A DNA stretch of 64,000 bases, from assembly GCF_004010195.1 (NCBI RefSeq), contig NC_057718.1:66990732-67054731 (forward strand), in the 5' to 3' direction. Position 1 is the stretch's first letter, and every line of letters starts with the position of its first letter. Positions 37,976 through 51,377 of this stretch are shown here, in pieces. This DNA comes from Chiloscyllium plagiosum (lineage: Eukaryota). Position numbers and translations under genes: made by a program. The notes beneath the pieces were generated by a model. The model was not told where the DNA came from, searched no databases, and saw only the letters and a program-made list of their open reading frames with translations.

Positions 37976-38116
37976 TATTCTTACTTGCCAAGAACATCTC
38001 ATGGCCCCTTTTAGCCCTCCTAATCTATTGTTTAAGTTCTTTTCTGCTTCCTTTGAATTCCTCAAGGGCCTTGTTTGATCTCAGTTTTCTAAATTCTTAC
38101 TTAAACATTCCCCTAT

Positions 38117-38410
38117 GGGTGGCACGGTGGCTCATTGGTTAGGACAGCTGCCACACAAAGCCAGGGACCCGGGTTCGATTCCAGCCTCGGAGTTTACACA
38201 TTCTACCCACGTCTGCACGGGTTTCCTCAGCGTGCTCCGGTTTCCTCCCACATTCCTCCAAAGATGTATAGGTCAGGTGAATTGGCCATGATAAATTGCC
38301 CATAGTGACCGGTGCATTAGTCAGGGGTAAATATCAGGGAATGGGTCTGGGTGGGTTATTCCTCAGAGGGTTGGTGTGTACTTGTTGGGCCGAAGGAAAT
38401 CTAATCAAAT
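38117..38410 (+). mobile_element. HE1-type SINE
   Basis: gggtggcacggtggctcattggttagg...gggttcgattcc...ttggccatgataaattgccc...gggccgaagg. Confidence 0.9.
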
Positions 38411-39249
38411 CTTGGCCAGTAATGACTTAGTCAATGTACAGAGACAGGTGCAGGAATATTAGGCAGTTTTGCCAGATGCTGTAAACTGGAATGAAAGATG
38501 GAGAAGTTTGCACCAACATTCTCAGTACTGTGCTGGATCATGCATGCATGCTTCCGCTTGCCTCGATAGACAGGTTGGTAACTGCCATGGAAACTCAGGT
38601 CCAGCAGCATGCTCAGTGTTCGCTAGATATTTGCCCCCCATTACTTCACCGATTTATATTCAAAATTAATGGCAAGGTGACTGGAGCCTCACTCCAGGTG
38701 CCCCTTTTTCAGGAAGGCAGAATATTGCCACTAAGCACCATGAGGGAGAAGAATGACATACATATTCCACTCACCCCACCCCAGGAGCTTCTTCCCAAAA
38801 TATTCCAGAAGTGCTTCCCCTTCCCCTTCACTCTGCATGAGATCTGAATGATATATGTGAAGTGTAAATTGAAGACAGATAGGTAGAACTACTTCATCGG
38901 CGGAGGCATGATTACTATAATATTCATAGCAGGGGCCTCAAAATCCAACATTACAATCCTGCTCCTGAAGCAAAAACAACTCATTCCACCAACTTTGCAT
39001 GTGACAGCAGTCATTTTTTGAAGTTAATACACACTTGACCTTTGATCTGGCATGATGAGGTTCTAACTTTATATTAGTGTGAGTGACTTGTAGATTCCAT
39101 CTGTGATCCACAAATTTCTCCCCATTAGATTCATTGAGGCATAGAGCTGCACAGCACGGAAACAGCCCCTTTGGTCTAACTCATCTGTGCTGACCAGATA
39201 TCCTAAATAAACCTAGTCCCATTTGCCAGCATTCAGCCCATACTCTAGG

Positions 39250-42200
39250 GAAAGTAGCCCCAACCTGCCAGTGACCATAGTTGTATTAATTTTAAAGTGG
39301 TTATGGAGAGGGACAAAACTAGTCCACAGATTCAAGTTCTAAATTGGGGCAAGGCAAATTTTGATGGAATTAGACAGGAGCTTGCAGGGGGTGATTGGTG
39401 CAGTTTGTTTGCAGGCAAAGGCATCTCTGCCAAGTGGGAGGGCTTTAAATGTGAGATAGCGAGAGTTCAAGGTTGATATGTTCCTGTGAGGGTGAAAGGC
39501 AAGAAATAAGGAACTCTGGACGACAGAGATATTGATGCTTTGACCAGACAAAAGAAGGAACCGTGGCTCAGGCACAGACAGCTGGGATCAAGGAAATCTC
39601 TGGAGGTATGCAAGGACACAGGAGTTTACTGAGGAAGTAAATCAGGAGGGCGAAGAGGGGCCATGAATTAGCCATGGCTGAGAAGATTAGAGTGAATCCA
39701 AAGAGGTACTTTAAGTATACTAAAGGAAAAAGAATAACTAGCGAGAGAATAAGGCTCCTAAGGACCAAAGTGGACATATATGTGTGGAACTACAGGAGAT
39801 TGGGGAGGTCCTCAATGAATATTTCTCCTCCGTGTTTACTGTGGAGAAAGACATGAAGACTTGGGAACTTGGGCAAGTTAGTGGTGATTTCTTAGGGGCA
39901 CCCATATCACTATAGAGGAGGTGTTGGATGTAATAGAATGTATGAAAGTGGATAAATATCCTGGTCCTGAGCAAATATATGCTAGAACTCTGCAAGAGGC
40001 TACAGAAGAAATTGTATGAGCCCTGGCTGATATATTTGCATCATCAATAGCCACGGGTGAGATCCTGGAGGTTTGGAGGGTAGCGAATGTTGTGCTACTA
40101 TCAAGAAGGACTACAAACAAAAAAAACTGGGAACAATTGGCCAGTAAGCTTAACGTCTATGATCTACTTGAGAAGATCCTGAGAGGTAAGATATACATGC
40201 TTTTGGAAAGACAAGGTTTGATTAGGGGTGGTTAGTATGGCTTTGTGAGTGGGAGATCTTGCCTCACAAATTTGTTAGAGTTCATTGATGAAGTAACCAG
40301 GAAGGTTGATGAGGGGAAGGTGATAGACATAGTCTATGTGGATTTCATTAAGGCTTTTGATAAAGTTCCACGTGTTAGGCTGTTCTGGAAGGTTAGATTG
40401 CATGGAATCCAGGGCAAGCTGGCAAATTAGATACAAAATTGACTTCACGTAGGAAACAGAGGGTAATAGTGGAAGGACACTTGCCAGACTGGAGGCCGTG
40501 ACTAGTGGTGTACCTCAGGGTTTGGTGCTGTGCCCTTTGCTGTTTGTTATCTATATCAATGATTTAGTTGAGAATGTACAAGGCATGATTAATAAGTTTG
40601 CTGATGACCGTAAAATAGATGAAATCATGGAGAGTGAGGAAGGTTCTCAGAAATTGCAGCAAGACCTTGATCAGCTAGAGAAGTGGACAAAGAAATGGAA
40701 ACTGGAGTTTAATATTGATAAGTGTGAGGTTTGCATTTTGGAAAGTCAAATCAAGGTAGGAGCTTTGTGGTGAATGGTAGGGCCTTAAAGAGTGTAGAGT
40801 GTGGTGCTGGAAAAGCACAGCCGGTCAGGCAGCATCCACGGAGCAGGAGAATCAATGTTTGAGGCATAAGCCCTTAATCAGGAATGAGGCTTGTGGGCCA
40901 AGGGGGCTAAGAGATAAATGGGAGGAGGATTGGGCTGTAGGGAAGGTAGCTGGGAATGCGATAGATGAAAGTGGAGGTGAAAGTGATAGTTCAGAGAGGA
41001 AGGTGAAGCAGATAGGTGGGAAAGAAGATGGACAGGTAGGACCGTTCAAGAGGGCAGTGCTAAGTTGGAAGGTTGGAACTGGGATAAGGTAGAAGGAGGG
41101 GAAATGGGGAAATTGGTAAAATCCACATTGATCCCATGTGGTTGGAGGTTCCCAAGATGGAAGTGATGGAGGAGGCCCAGGACCTACATGTCCTTGGCGG
41201 AGTGGGAGGGGGAGTTAAAGTGTTCAGCCACAGGGCAGTGGGGTTGGTTAGTGCAGATGTCCCAGAGATGTTTTCTAAAATGATCCTCAAGTTGGCATCC
41301 TGTCTCCCCAATGTAGAGAAAATCAAATCGGGTGCAACGAGTATAGTAGATGACATGTGTGAAAGGATCCTTTGGGGCCTTGGATGGAGGTGAGGGGGGG
41401 GGGGGGGCGGGAGGTGCGGGTATAGGTTTTACACTTCTTGCGGTGACAGGGGAAGGTGCCAGGAAGGGAGGCTGGGTCAATGGGGGGCTGTGGACCTGAC
41501 AAGGGAGTTGCAAAGGGAATGGTCTCTCTGAAACCCTGATAGAGGTGGGGAGGGAAAAATATCCCTAGTGGTAGCGTCTGTATTAGGTGGTGGAAATAGT
41601 GGAGGATGATGCGATATATCCGAAGTTTGATGGATTGGAAGGTGAGGACCGGAGGCTTCTGTCCTTGTTGCAATTGGAGGGGTGGGGTTCAAGGGTAGAG
41701 GTGGGGGAAGTGGAGGAGTTGTGCTGGAAGGCATCATCAAGCATGTGGGGGGGAAATTGCAGTTTTTGAAGAAGGAGGCCATCTGGGATATTCTATGGTG
41801 GAATTGGTCCTCCTGGAATAGATGCGGTGATGGTGGAGGAATTGGAAATAACGGATAGCACTTTTACAGGAGGCAGTGTGCGAATGAGGATAATTTAATG
41901 AGAAATTAAGATAATTTAAATAGTCAGAAAGTGGATGCTTGACTGCTAAAGATCCAACTCTGATCTCACTGTGAAAGTCTCCAGCATCTGCAGTCCTCTT
42001 TCACCTTAAAGAGTGTAAATGGATTCACGGGTAGACAGGGCAGTGAAGAAGGCTTTTGGCACACTGGCCTACATCAGTCAGGGCATTGAGTATAGAAGTT
42101 GCAAAATTGTGTTACAGTTGTACAGGGTGTTGGTAAGGCTGCACTTGGAGTATTGTGTTCCGTTTTGGTCACTTGTTATAGGAAGAATGTTATTAAACTG

Positions 42201-42597
42201 GAAATAATACAGGAAAAATTTACAAGGATGTTGCCTGGACTCAAGGGACTGAGTTATAGTGAGAGATTGGACAAGCTAGGACTTTTTTTCTTTAGAGGGT
42301 AGGGGACAGAGGAGGGACCTTATAGAGGTCAAGATCATGAGAGGCATGTTAGGGTGAATGCACTCAGTCTTTCTCCCAGGGTTGAGGATCAAGGACTCGA
42401 GGGCATCAGTTTAAGGTTAGAGGAGAAAGAATAAAAGGGAAGCTGAGGGGCAACTTCTTTACACAGAGGGTGATGTGTATATAGAATGAACTGCCAGCAG
42501 AAGTAGTTGAAGCGGGTACATTAACAACATCTAAAAGACATTTGGACAAATACATGGGTCAGAAAGGTTTAGAAGGACATGGGCTAAGTGCAGAGAA
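39250..42597 (+). mobile_element. CR1 ORF2 to 3' end, interrupted by a PLE (40797-42003); a short antisense CR1 tail precedes it at ~39130-39245
   Basis: GRSCLTNLLEF, DFIKAFDKVP, TSGVPQG..FADD, then KKAFGTLAYISQGIEYRS after the PLE. Confidence 0.9.
40797..42003 (-). mobile_element. 5'-truncated PLE (family B) with an inverted terminal-repeat piece and 14-bp TSD
   Basis: VIYYTRCTRFDFLYIGETG (GIY-YIG), GTFPCHRKKCKT; ccttaaagagtgta at 40783-40796 and 42004-42017; inverted repeat piece ctccagcatctgcagtcctc near 41980. Confidence 0.9.
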
Positions 42598-42979
42598 TGT
42601 ACTTAGGGTGCTAAGTGCACCCTACTGTCTATCATTGCTCCCTACCACAGTGACCATTCCTTCAAAGATCCAATTACAATTACTGATGAGCTCCCTGCTG
42701 ATTATTGACCAAAGCCCCCTGACTAACCATTGCTTGCCCCTGGATAGCTCCATCTGACCAAATCCCACCCCACCTGATGTCTCAACAGCACTCCAACTAA
42801 TATCCCTGTAATCCCCAGACTATTTGCATTTGACTTTCTGGACTAACTATAGCCAAATTGTTGGATTAGAAGAACCAGATCCCCAGAATCTGGTAAAACT
42901 AAGTGTCTGACTGACTATGGCCAACCCCCTGTAGTGTAATCAATAAGCTCTTTGATTGACTCGAGCAGTGAATTCTGAC

Positions 42980-43750
42980 TGACTTTTTCTTATTCATTCA
43001 TGAGATATTGATATTACTAGTTAGGACAGCGTTTATTACCCATCCCTAGTTATTCTTGAGAAGGTGATGGTGAGCTGCCTGAGTCTACCTTCCTGAACCA
43101 CTACTGTCTGTGTCTTGTAGGTAGACCCACAATGTCATCATTCAGGGAACTATAGAAATGTCAGTCAAAGCACAGGGCCATTTTCAGTCGCAGATATCCT
43201 CACAAGTTCCACACTCGACTCACCACATAAACACAAATGTTACAAGAGCAGGTCAGAGGCTAGGAGTACTGCAGCGAGTAATTCACCTCCTGACTCCGCA
43301 AAGCCTGTCCATCATCTACAAGGACAAGTCAGGAGTGTGATGGAATACTCCCCACTTGCCCAGGTGGGTGCAGCCCCAAAAACACTCAAGAAGCTTGACA
43401 CCATCCCAGACAAAGCAGCCTACTTGATTGCTATTACATCCACAAAAATCCACTCCCTCCACCAATGACACTGAGTCGCAGCTATGTGTACTATTTCCAA
43501 GATGCACTGCAGAAATTCACCAAAGTTCCTCAGACAGCACCTTCCAAACCCATGACTAGACCATCTAGAAGGACAAGGGCAGCAGATGCATGGGGACACT
43601 ACCACCTTCAACTTTCTCTCCAAGCCACTCACCATCCTGACTTGGAAATATATCGCGGTTTCTTCATTATCACTGCATCAAAATCCTGATATTCCTTCTC
43701 TAAGGGTTTTGTGGATCAACCCACAGCAGGTGGACTGCATCAGTTCAAGA
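42980..43750. mobile_element. Fragments of the second CR1/L2-group LINE family (minus tail ~42980-43150; plus 3' part 43215-43750)
   Basis: RAGQRLGVLQRVIHLLTPQSLSIIYK, agcttgacaccatcccagacaaagcagcc; homologous to 955-1860. Confidence 0.75.
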
Positions 43751-45059
43751 ATTTCCAGTTTTATCTCCTTTTCATACCTTCACTTTTACATCTCTATTTG
43801 TTCTTTATCACCATTATCACACCCTCACAATCTATTCAATTTGTTCCTTCTCCCCTCTGCCAACAGCAAGAAAGCCACTATTTCCCACCTCCTTTCAGAC
43901 TCAAAATGTTAACTGTTTCTTTCTCCACAGATTCTGCCAGACCTTCTGAGTTTCTCCACAATTTTCTTATTCCTATTTCAGATTTCAGCATCCACAGTAT
44001 TTTGTCTTTCTTCATTATTTCTTTCTTTATTCTTCCTTTTGCGCATTAAAAGTAATCATAATTAACTATTGAACACTTTAATATCTGCTTCTCCCACACT
44101 CAGGAATGATAACATTGTCTGTTTCTATTAGATGTTAAAAAAAGTAGTGTTCATTCAGAAAGAGTTCAAACATCACATGGTGCTGTGTAAAATTAGCTTC
44201 TGAGGCTTTCTTCACAGTCAGGAATTAATGAGAACTGTGCAATTAGTTCTGCTATAGTCATTATTAATCCGAGAGGCATCCTGACCCAAACCTTTTTTAC
44301 CTAACTATCATTTTTCAGGGTCACTTGGTCCAAAATGTTGACTCTGATTTCTCTCCACCTGCAGAGCTTTTCCAGCAAATTACATTTTTGTTGCTGATTT
44401 ACAGCATCTGCAGTTCTTTCGGTCTTGACACAGTTGAGACTTCAGCATCTGGAATTTCATATACGCTGCTAAATGAGTATGTGATGCTTTAGTAAGCTTC
44501 ACCACAATTAAATTTTGGTAGTTTGCAGTGACTCTGTGCCACTCTGTGCATTCACAAATGAAATAGCTGAGGCCATACAATTATCCTTAATCCTTTGGTG
44601 CCAGCAACAGTGATGTGCTCATCAGATGTGCTACTTTGTCAAAGCGGGATGGAGTACCAAGGTGAAAGTATCGGAACTGGTGAAGGGTGCAGGAGAAAGC
44701 CTTATCAGTGCATTCTCTGAGGGATTTGTGCTTTTTTCCTCAGAGGAGAGGAGATGGCCTTGGCTGGAGGAGCTGACTTCTTAAGCGTGTAATTAGCTGC
44801 TGGACCCTGGAGAAGAGAAGAATGGGAATCAGTTGTGGAATAGGGATAGAAATATGAGTAAGTTATGTATATGTTCACAACGTTGATAAGTTGAGGACAG
44901 TGAAATACCTCCCATTGAAGCTACCTTAGTTGCCTAAATATGAAGGTCTCAGAATCTCCACATCAGTGGTATTGATCTTCTGCTAATACAAGGTTTTAAT
45001 CCTCATACAGGGTGAATGATGAATTTCAGTCACCTTGCCAGCCATCTTTGCCTTTTAAG

Positions 45060-46472
45060 AACTATTATTGGATTGAAAAACTGCTAATGTGACAGCCCTA
45101 TTGAAAAAGAGAGGGAGGCAAAACACAAGTTAAATAACATAGGTCGAATATCCTAACATCCATTGTTGGAAATGTATTGGAATCAATCATTAAGCAGCGC
45201 ATTTGGAAAATCATAATCTAATCTAACAGAGTCAACATACTTCTTGAAAGGGTCTAATTAATAAAGTTTGTCGAGGAAGTCTTAACTTGAAAGGATAGAG
45301 TGAAACCAGTAACTGTGTCATATTTTGGACTTCCAGAAGGTGTTCGACACGGTACCTCAAAAAGGTTAAGTCATAAGATAATAACTAATGGTGTTGGAGG
45401 TGGTATATTGGCATAGATATAGAATTGGCTAATGGGTAGGAAACAGTGAATGGAGATGAAGGTTTCTTTTCAGGTTGGCAACCTGAAAGCAGTAGGTTTC
45501 CACAGAGATCAGTGATGGGGCTGCAACTGTTTACAATATATATTGAAGACTTGGAGGAAAGAAACCACTATACTGTAGCCAAATTTGCAGACAACACAAA
45601 AATAAGTGGAAAGACAGGTTGACAGAGGGATACAAACAGCTTACTGAGAGATACAGATAAGTGGAAAAAAACATAATCTGGGAAAATGTGAAAATATTCA
45701 TTTTGGAAGGGAGAACAAAAGGGCAGTATTATTTAAGTGGAGTATGACTTAAATGGAGAGAAACTACAGATACCTGCAACACAAAGGACTTGGAGATATT
45801 TGTGCATGAAACACAAAGCTAGCACACAAGCACAGCAGGTATTCAGAAAGGCTAGTGGAATGTTGGCACTTATTTCAAGGGGTTTGGAGTAAAAGAGTAG
45901 GGATGTCTTACTGCAACAGTACAAAGCACAGGTGAGACCACTGCTGGAGTACTATAAGCAGATTTTGTTCCTTATTTAAGGAAAGGTGTCATTTCATTAG
46001 AGGCGGTTCAGAGAAGAGTCATGAAGATGATTCCTGGTATGCAGGAATTGTCTTTTGAGCAAAGGCTGAACAGGTTGGGACTCACTAGAGTTTGGAAGAA
46101 TGAGAGGTAATCTCATTGAAAATTACAGGACTCTTAAGGGGCTTGATACGGTAAAGATGATGCTTTCCCCATGGAGAGTCTAGGACCAGAGGGCATAGTC
46201 TCAGAATAAAGGGGCAATAATCTAAGGCTGCGGTGAGGAGGAATTTCTTCTCTCAGAGAGTTGTGAGTCTTTGGAACTCCTTGGCAAGAGAGCTGTGGGA
46301 GTTGTGTATGTTTAAGGCCGAGCTCAATCAGTAGGGGAGTCAAAGGTTATGGGAAAAACACAGGAAAGTGGATATGAGGAATGTCAGATCAGCCACAATC
46401 CTGTTGAATGGTGGAGTAGGCTTGCAGTCCAAATAGCCCATTCCCGTTCCTACTTCTTATATACTTATAATC
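45060..46472 (+). mobile_element. Older CR1 3' half
   Basis: ANVTALLKK, YLDFQKVFD-like, VAKFADNTK, tail cctacttcttatatacttata. Confidence 0.85.
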
Positions 46473-47219
46473 TTAGTAACTGGCAGAGGATTTATGACTG
46501 GGATATATAGGGAAATAATAGTGGTGTTGTACGACAAGGGCCAAAAGTATTGCCATTTATTTGCCTTGTTCCTCCTGCTTCTAGATGATGCAGAAGCTTT
46601 TAGCGTGGACGTCAATCCAAGGTATTGTGTTTGTGGCCACTAATTTACATCTTATTCTGGAACAATGGCATTCAGGATGCACAGAAAGATAAAACAACCA
46701 CATGTAAAGTGAAAGCAGTGACATTTTTTAAAAATGCAAAATAACATGTGTATGTTATTAAGGTCACTTTGTATAACCAAAGTGACCTTCATAGGCTTTC
46801 TTTATTCTCTCCCTCCAACTATGATTTAGTGCAGTCCTTGGTTTTGCAGTTAGGCTGGAGGGCACCTACTTAGCAGTAGAGCCAATGGCCTGAAAGTTAG
46901 GTCGGGGCAGCCTCAGGATACCTGTGTTTTGAGATATCAGAAAAGCTCAGTACCTTCTTGCCAAATGTAAGTTGATCCTTTTCGGTGTGAACTTCTAAGG
47001 GTCAAAGAGGATTAGGGAGGGTGGAAGTGGATGGCCTAACCATCTCTGGAGATTTCTATGTTGGCTGCATGTAGTTCTGCCTCCAGCAGGTTGCCTCCTG
47101 CATCGCCCTGAATCTTTGTAAAGAAAAGGCAGATGAGAGCTCCTAGATTGCATATCAGGTTCCCTGTCCCCTTGTTGCCATGCTTTCAGTCCTAAAACAC
47201 AATGGCTGAGGTGATGGAG

Positions 47220-47333
47220 GGCTCAGGCCCGAAACATCAATTTTCCTACTCCTCAGATGCTGCCTGACCTGCTGTGCTTTTCCAGCAACACACTCTCAAC
47301 TCTGATCTCCTGCATCTGCAGACCTCACTGTCT
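47220..47333 (+). mobile_element. Family-B PLE mini-insert with a 15-bp TSD
   Basis: gggctcaggcccgaaacatcaattttcctactcctcagatgctgcc...ctcctgcatctgcagacctcac flanked by gctgaggtgatggag at 47205-47219 and 47334-47348. Confidence 0.85.
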
Positions 47334-49249
47334 GCTGAGGTGATGGAGATGTGTGCACTTCTTTAGCAGACCCTGAGAGTGATGGACCTGGCTCCACCAA
47401 CTTGTGCATGCAGGCAGCAAGGTATAGAATGACTTGTTGCTGCACCTTCTGGGGAGTAAGGGCCATTACATCTCCATACTCATCTGCCCATTCCCATACC
47501 CATTTCCTGTTCCTTCCTGTTCAAATGGACAAAATCCCGGACTGTTGACACCACAGGCTACTCTCCTCTGAGCAGATGCCTGGTCTGGCAGCTCTCTGAG
47601 TGCCAGAGACCTGGAGCTTTTCTTCCTTGTCCAGCTGTGGAGTTGTCATAATGTGGTTCTCACTGGATTGTGATCCCATAATTTCTAAGCCTAACATTCC
47701 CACCGCAGTTTTAATATCTGACCTTGTGGGGTGTTCAGGAGGCAACTTTGTTGATGTTTCCTCTGAAAGCCTTGGTACTCTCATTCTCAGAGTTCAAGAA
47801 GGTTGCTTCTGTGGTCTTTTCACTGCTGAAACAGTAGACATGCTGGGTGGTACCTGCAAGACCCATGAAAGAGAAAGCATTGTGGTCAATGATTAGAAGT
47901 GGTGTACAATGAATGACATTCTCTGACTGTTACTGTGAGAGTTGCAGTGGAATAGAGGTTGGTACTCAGCTGACAGGACATCTATACTTCAGAATCTCCC
48001 TAGGAGCAATCCTGGACTACTCCTGAAAATTCTATAATTCTGTTTTTTTTAGTTCACTCATGGAATAACAGTGTTGCTCTTGAGAAGGTGATGATGCACT
48101 GCCTTCATTTGTCACAGTCCATGTGAAGTAGGTATAGATCCACAATGCCCTTAAAGAGGGAGTTCCAGGATCTTGACCCAACAACAGTGAAGGAACAGCA
48201 ATTATCAGGATGGTGAATAACTTAGATGGAAACTTGCAAATGGCAGCATTCCAATATATGTGCTGTCCTTGTCCTTCTAGCTGGAAGTGGTTGTGAGTTT
48301 GGAAGGAGCTGTCTAAGAATATTTAGCAACTTTCTGTAGTTTATTTTGTGAATGGTGCACACTGCAGCTGCTTAGCATTGGTGGTGGAGTGTCTGAATGT
48401 TTGTGGATTTGACCTCAATCAAGTGGGCTGCTTTGTCCTGGATACTGTAAAGCTTATTGACTGTTGTTGGAACTTCAGTTATCTCAGCAAATGAACTGTA
48501 TTCCATCACATTCTTGATTGTGCCTTGTAAATGATGGACAGGCTTTAGGGAGTTAAGAGGTGCGTAATTCATTGCAGTATTCCTAGCCTCTTAGTGGCTC
48601 TTGTAGCTACATTATTTCTGTGGTTGGTCCAGTTGAGTTTCTGGTCAATGGTAACCCCAAGATGTAGATAGTGGTGTATTCAGTAATGGTAATGCTATTG
48701 AATGTCCCGGTAGTGATCAGGTCATCTCTTATTGGAGATGGTAATTGCCTGGCCTGTGCGTGGTGTGAATGTTGCCTCACCTCTAGAATTGATCTCCTTT
48801 GGTCATATTTGAGCATAGATTCTAATGAGGTAAAGAGCTAAGTTGCTATTGCAGAGGTCAAACTGGATGTCAGTGGGCAGGTTATTGGTTGAGCAGGGGT
48901 TGCTTGACACCTTCGATTACTTTGCTGATGATTGAGGGTAGACTGATTGGATAGTAATTGGCCAGGTCGGATTTGTCCTGCTTTTTGTGTACAGAATATA
49001 CTTGGCCATTTTGTTGGGTAGATACCAGTGTTGTATGTGGCAAGGGGTGCAGCTCAATGTAGAGCACAAGACTAAGCACTATTACTGGAATGTTGTCAGG
49101 GCCTACAACTGTTGCAGTATCCAGTGCTTTCAACCATTTCTTGATATCACTTGGAGTGAATGAAAAAGCTGAAGACTGACATCTGTGATGCTTGTAGTCT
49201 CTGAAGGAGCCTGAGATATATCATATATTCACCTTCAAAAACAAAACCT

Positions 49250-50462
49250 ATGGACAAACCAATGGAACACCATGGGATTTCCGCTATTAGGATTATTAGC
49301 AGAGGCAGTAATGCAGAGACTCGAACAACAGCTCTGACTACCATCCAACCCAAACTTTTGGTCTGCTACATGGATGATACCTTTGTCAAACAAAACAAAT
49401 TAGAGGAAACCTTCAAGACCATCAACAATACCTTTACTGGCATAAAATTCACTAAAGTGGAGGAAAACAACAACACACTGCCATTCCTAGATGTCACATT
49501 AGAGTGAACAGCCAATGGGGAACTTCAAATCAGCATCTACAGGAAAACAACACATACGGACCAAATACTGAATTCCGGAAGCAATCATCCCAACATTCAC
49601 AAATTAAGCTGCATTAGAACATTATTTCAACGAGCCACCACACAGTCCAGCACAGAGGAACTACGGAGAGCAGAGGAAAATCACCTATACAGTGTATTCA
49701 AAAAGAACTGGTACCCAATGAACACAGCCTGCCAATTTCTCAGCAACAAACCCAAACAAGCAGACAAAATGCATCCAGAAACCCTGGCCACTCTCCCCTA
49801 CATCAAAGACATCTTGGAAATGACTGCCAGACTACTCAGACCTCTTGGCATCATCATAGTCTACAAATCCACTAACACACTAAAACAGCAGCTAATGAAC
49901 TTGAAAGACCCTATACAGACAACAAGCAAAACTAATGTCATTTACAAAATACCTTGTAAGAACTGTAACAAACACTACATTGGAGAAACAGGTAAAAAAC
50001 TCGCCACCAGAATACATGAACATCAACTAGCCACAACAAGACCTGATCCACTCTCACTAGTATTTTTACAAATAGATGAGGAAGGACATCACTTCGACTG
50101 GGACAACGCATCCATCCTAGTACAAGCCAAACAGAGACAGGCATGAGAATTCCTACAAGCATGGCATTCCAACCAGAACTCTACCAACAAGCACATTGAC
50201 TCGGATCCCATTTACCATCCCCTGAGAAAAAGAACCGGAAATGACAACACCACAGGAAATGACATCACCACAGGAAATGAATTCAACCCAAGGAAACCTA
50301 GACACATAAATAAAAAGCGGGCCATACCAACACTGCTTCACCGTAGGCTCACTGATGATGTTGTCTAGTATGGTGATGAAATGTCTGAAAACAAACCTTC
50401 CAACTCAATGAGCAAACTTACATCCAGAACAACAATCTGAGCTACAAATCTCCTCAAAACTT
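49250..50462 (+). mobile_element. Penelope-like element (Poseidon/Penelope-type), 5'-truncated
   Basis: PMEHHGISA, CYMDDTFV..IKFTKVEENNNTLPFLDV (RT), TLPYIK, NVIYKIPCKNCNKHYIGETGKKLATRIHEH (GIY-YIG); no Cys linker. Confidence 0.92.
50349..50388 (+). ncRNA. Hammerhead motif in the PLE 3' repeat
   Basis: tca-CTGATGA-t-gttgtc-tagtat-ggtgat-GAAA-tg-TC-tga; stem I tca/tga; stem II degenerate. Confidence 0.6.
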
Positions 50463-51377
50463 GATAACCTTATGGAGTGCAGAGTCAATATTGAGGATTC
50501 CCTGGGCAACTCCTTCCCAAATGTATATCACTGTGCTGCCACCTCTGCTGAGTCTGTCCTGCTGATGGGACAAGACATATACAGGGGTGGGATGATAGGA
50601 AATTGTCTGTAAGTTATGATTCCATGACTATGACTGTTTACTTGACTATTCAGTGAGGTAGCTCTCCCAATTTTGGGACTAATCCCCAAACGTTAGTGAT
50701 GAGGATTTTGCAGAGTCAACAGTGCTGAGTTTTCCATTGTCAGTTCTGGTGCTTAGGTCAATGCCAGGTGTCCGGTCCGGTTTCATTCTTTTTTGAGACC
50801 TTCTTGTGATTGATACAACTGATATAACTTGCTAGGCCATCTGAGAGGGGAGTTGAGAGTCAACCGCATTGCTATGGGTCTGTATTTATATTTAGGCTAA
50901 CCAGGTAGGATGGCAGATTTACTTCCCTGAAGGACATTTCTGAACACTAATAGATAGTTTTTTTCTGACAATCAGCATGTATTTCATGTTCATAATTAGA
51001 CTCTCACTCTCTCTGAGAGTGAGAAATATAATTTTGGGCACCTCCCTACTCCTGTATAGGTTTTCTCTAATCTGCTATAGGCTGTCTTCTGTAATGAGCG
51101 AAAGGGAGGAATTGAGTGAGGTGAAAGTGGGCGGCACAGCTGTTAGCTGTGATGCAGATGAACACAAGGTGGTTAGGTGTTTCTAGGAAATGACCAAACC
51201 GTATAGACTGCATGAAGGGCTAGAAGGATGGGAGGTTCTTGGAGGGATGAGAGCAGGTGAGAAAGGATGTTGCAGACAGCAGCAGGAGTAGCAGAGCATG
51301 AGCCTTATTGGGACGTGGGTACAGTAGCAGAGATAGAGTAAGTGTGTAGCAGAGAGAAGAATGTGGCACTTAACCTG

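Larger units (their letters stand above)
34235..38105 (-). mobile_element. CR1 ORF2 (pieces 34235-35215, 35573-36002, 37976-38105) split by two later CR1 insertions
   Basis: LYKTLVRPHLEYC, TSSIPQESML, SQHDF, DKSPQPDGIYPRIL and KENPKLFY in colinear order on the minus strand. Confidence 0.85.
48045..50990 (-). mobile_element. Second CR1/L2-group LINE, internally deleted, split by a PLE
   Basis: Minus ORFs KALDTATVVGPDNIP..HKKQDKSDLANYYPISLPSIISKVIEG and NVMEYSS..IQDKAAHLI; 3' tail near 48045 and 5' region ~50770-50990. Confidence 0.75.

Noticed and set aside
38469..38847. ORFs of 66 and 118 aa in apparently unique DNA
   Set aside because: No recognisable domain or splice context; likely chance ORFs, possibly in an old MITE.
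41390..41421. G-run / G-quadruplex candidate (also the G run near 7490)
   Set aside because: Homopolymer expansions in decayed retroelements; length is unreliable and there is no sign of function.
42700..42985. Recurring ctgact(a/g)acta-like words
   Set aside because: Too irregular to define a unit or period by eye.
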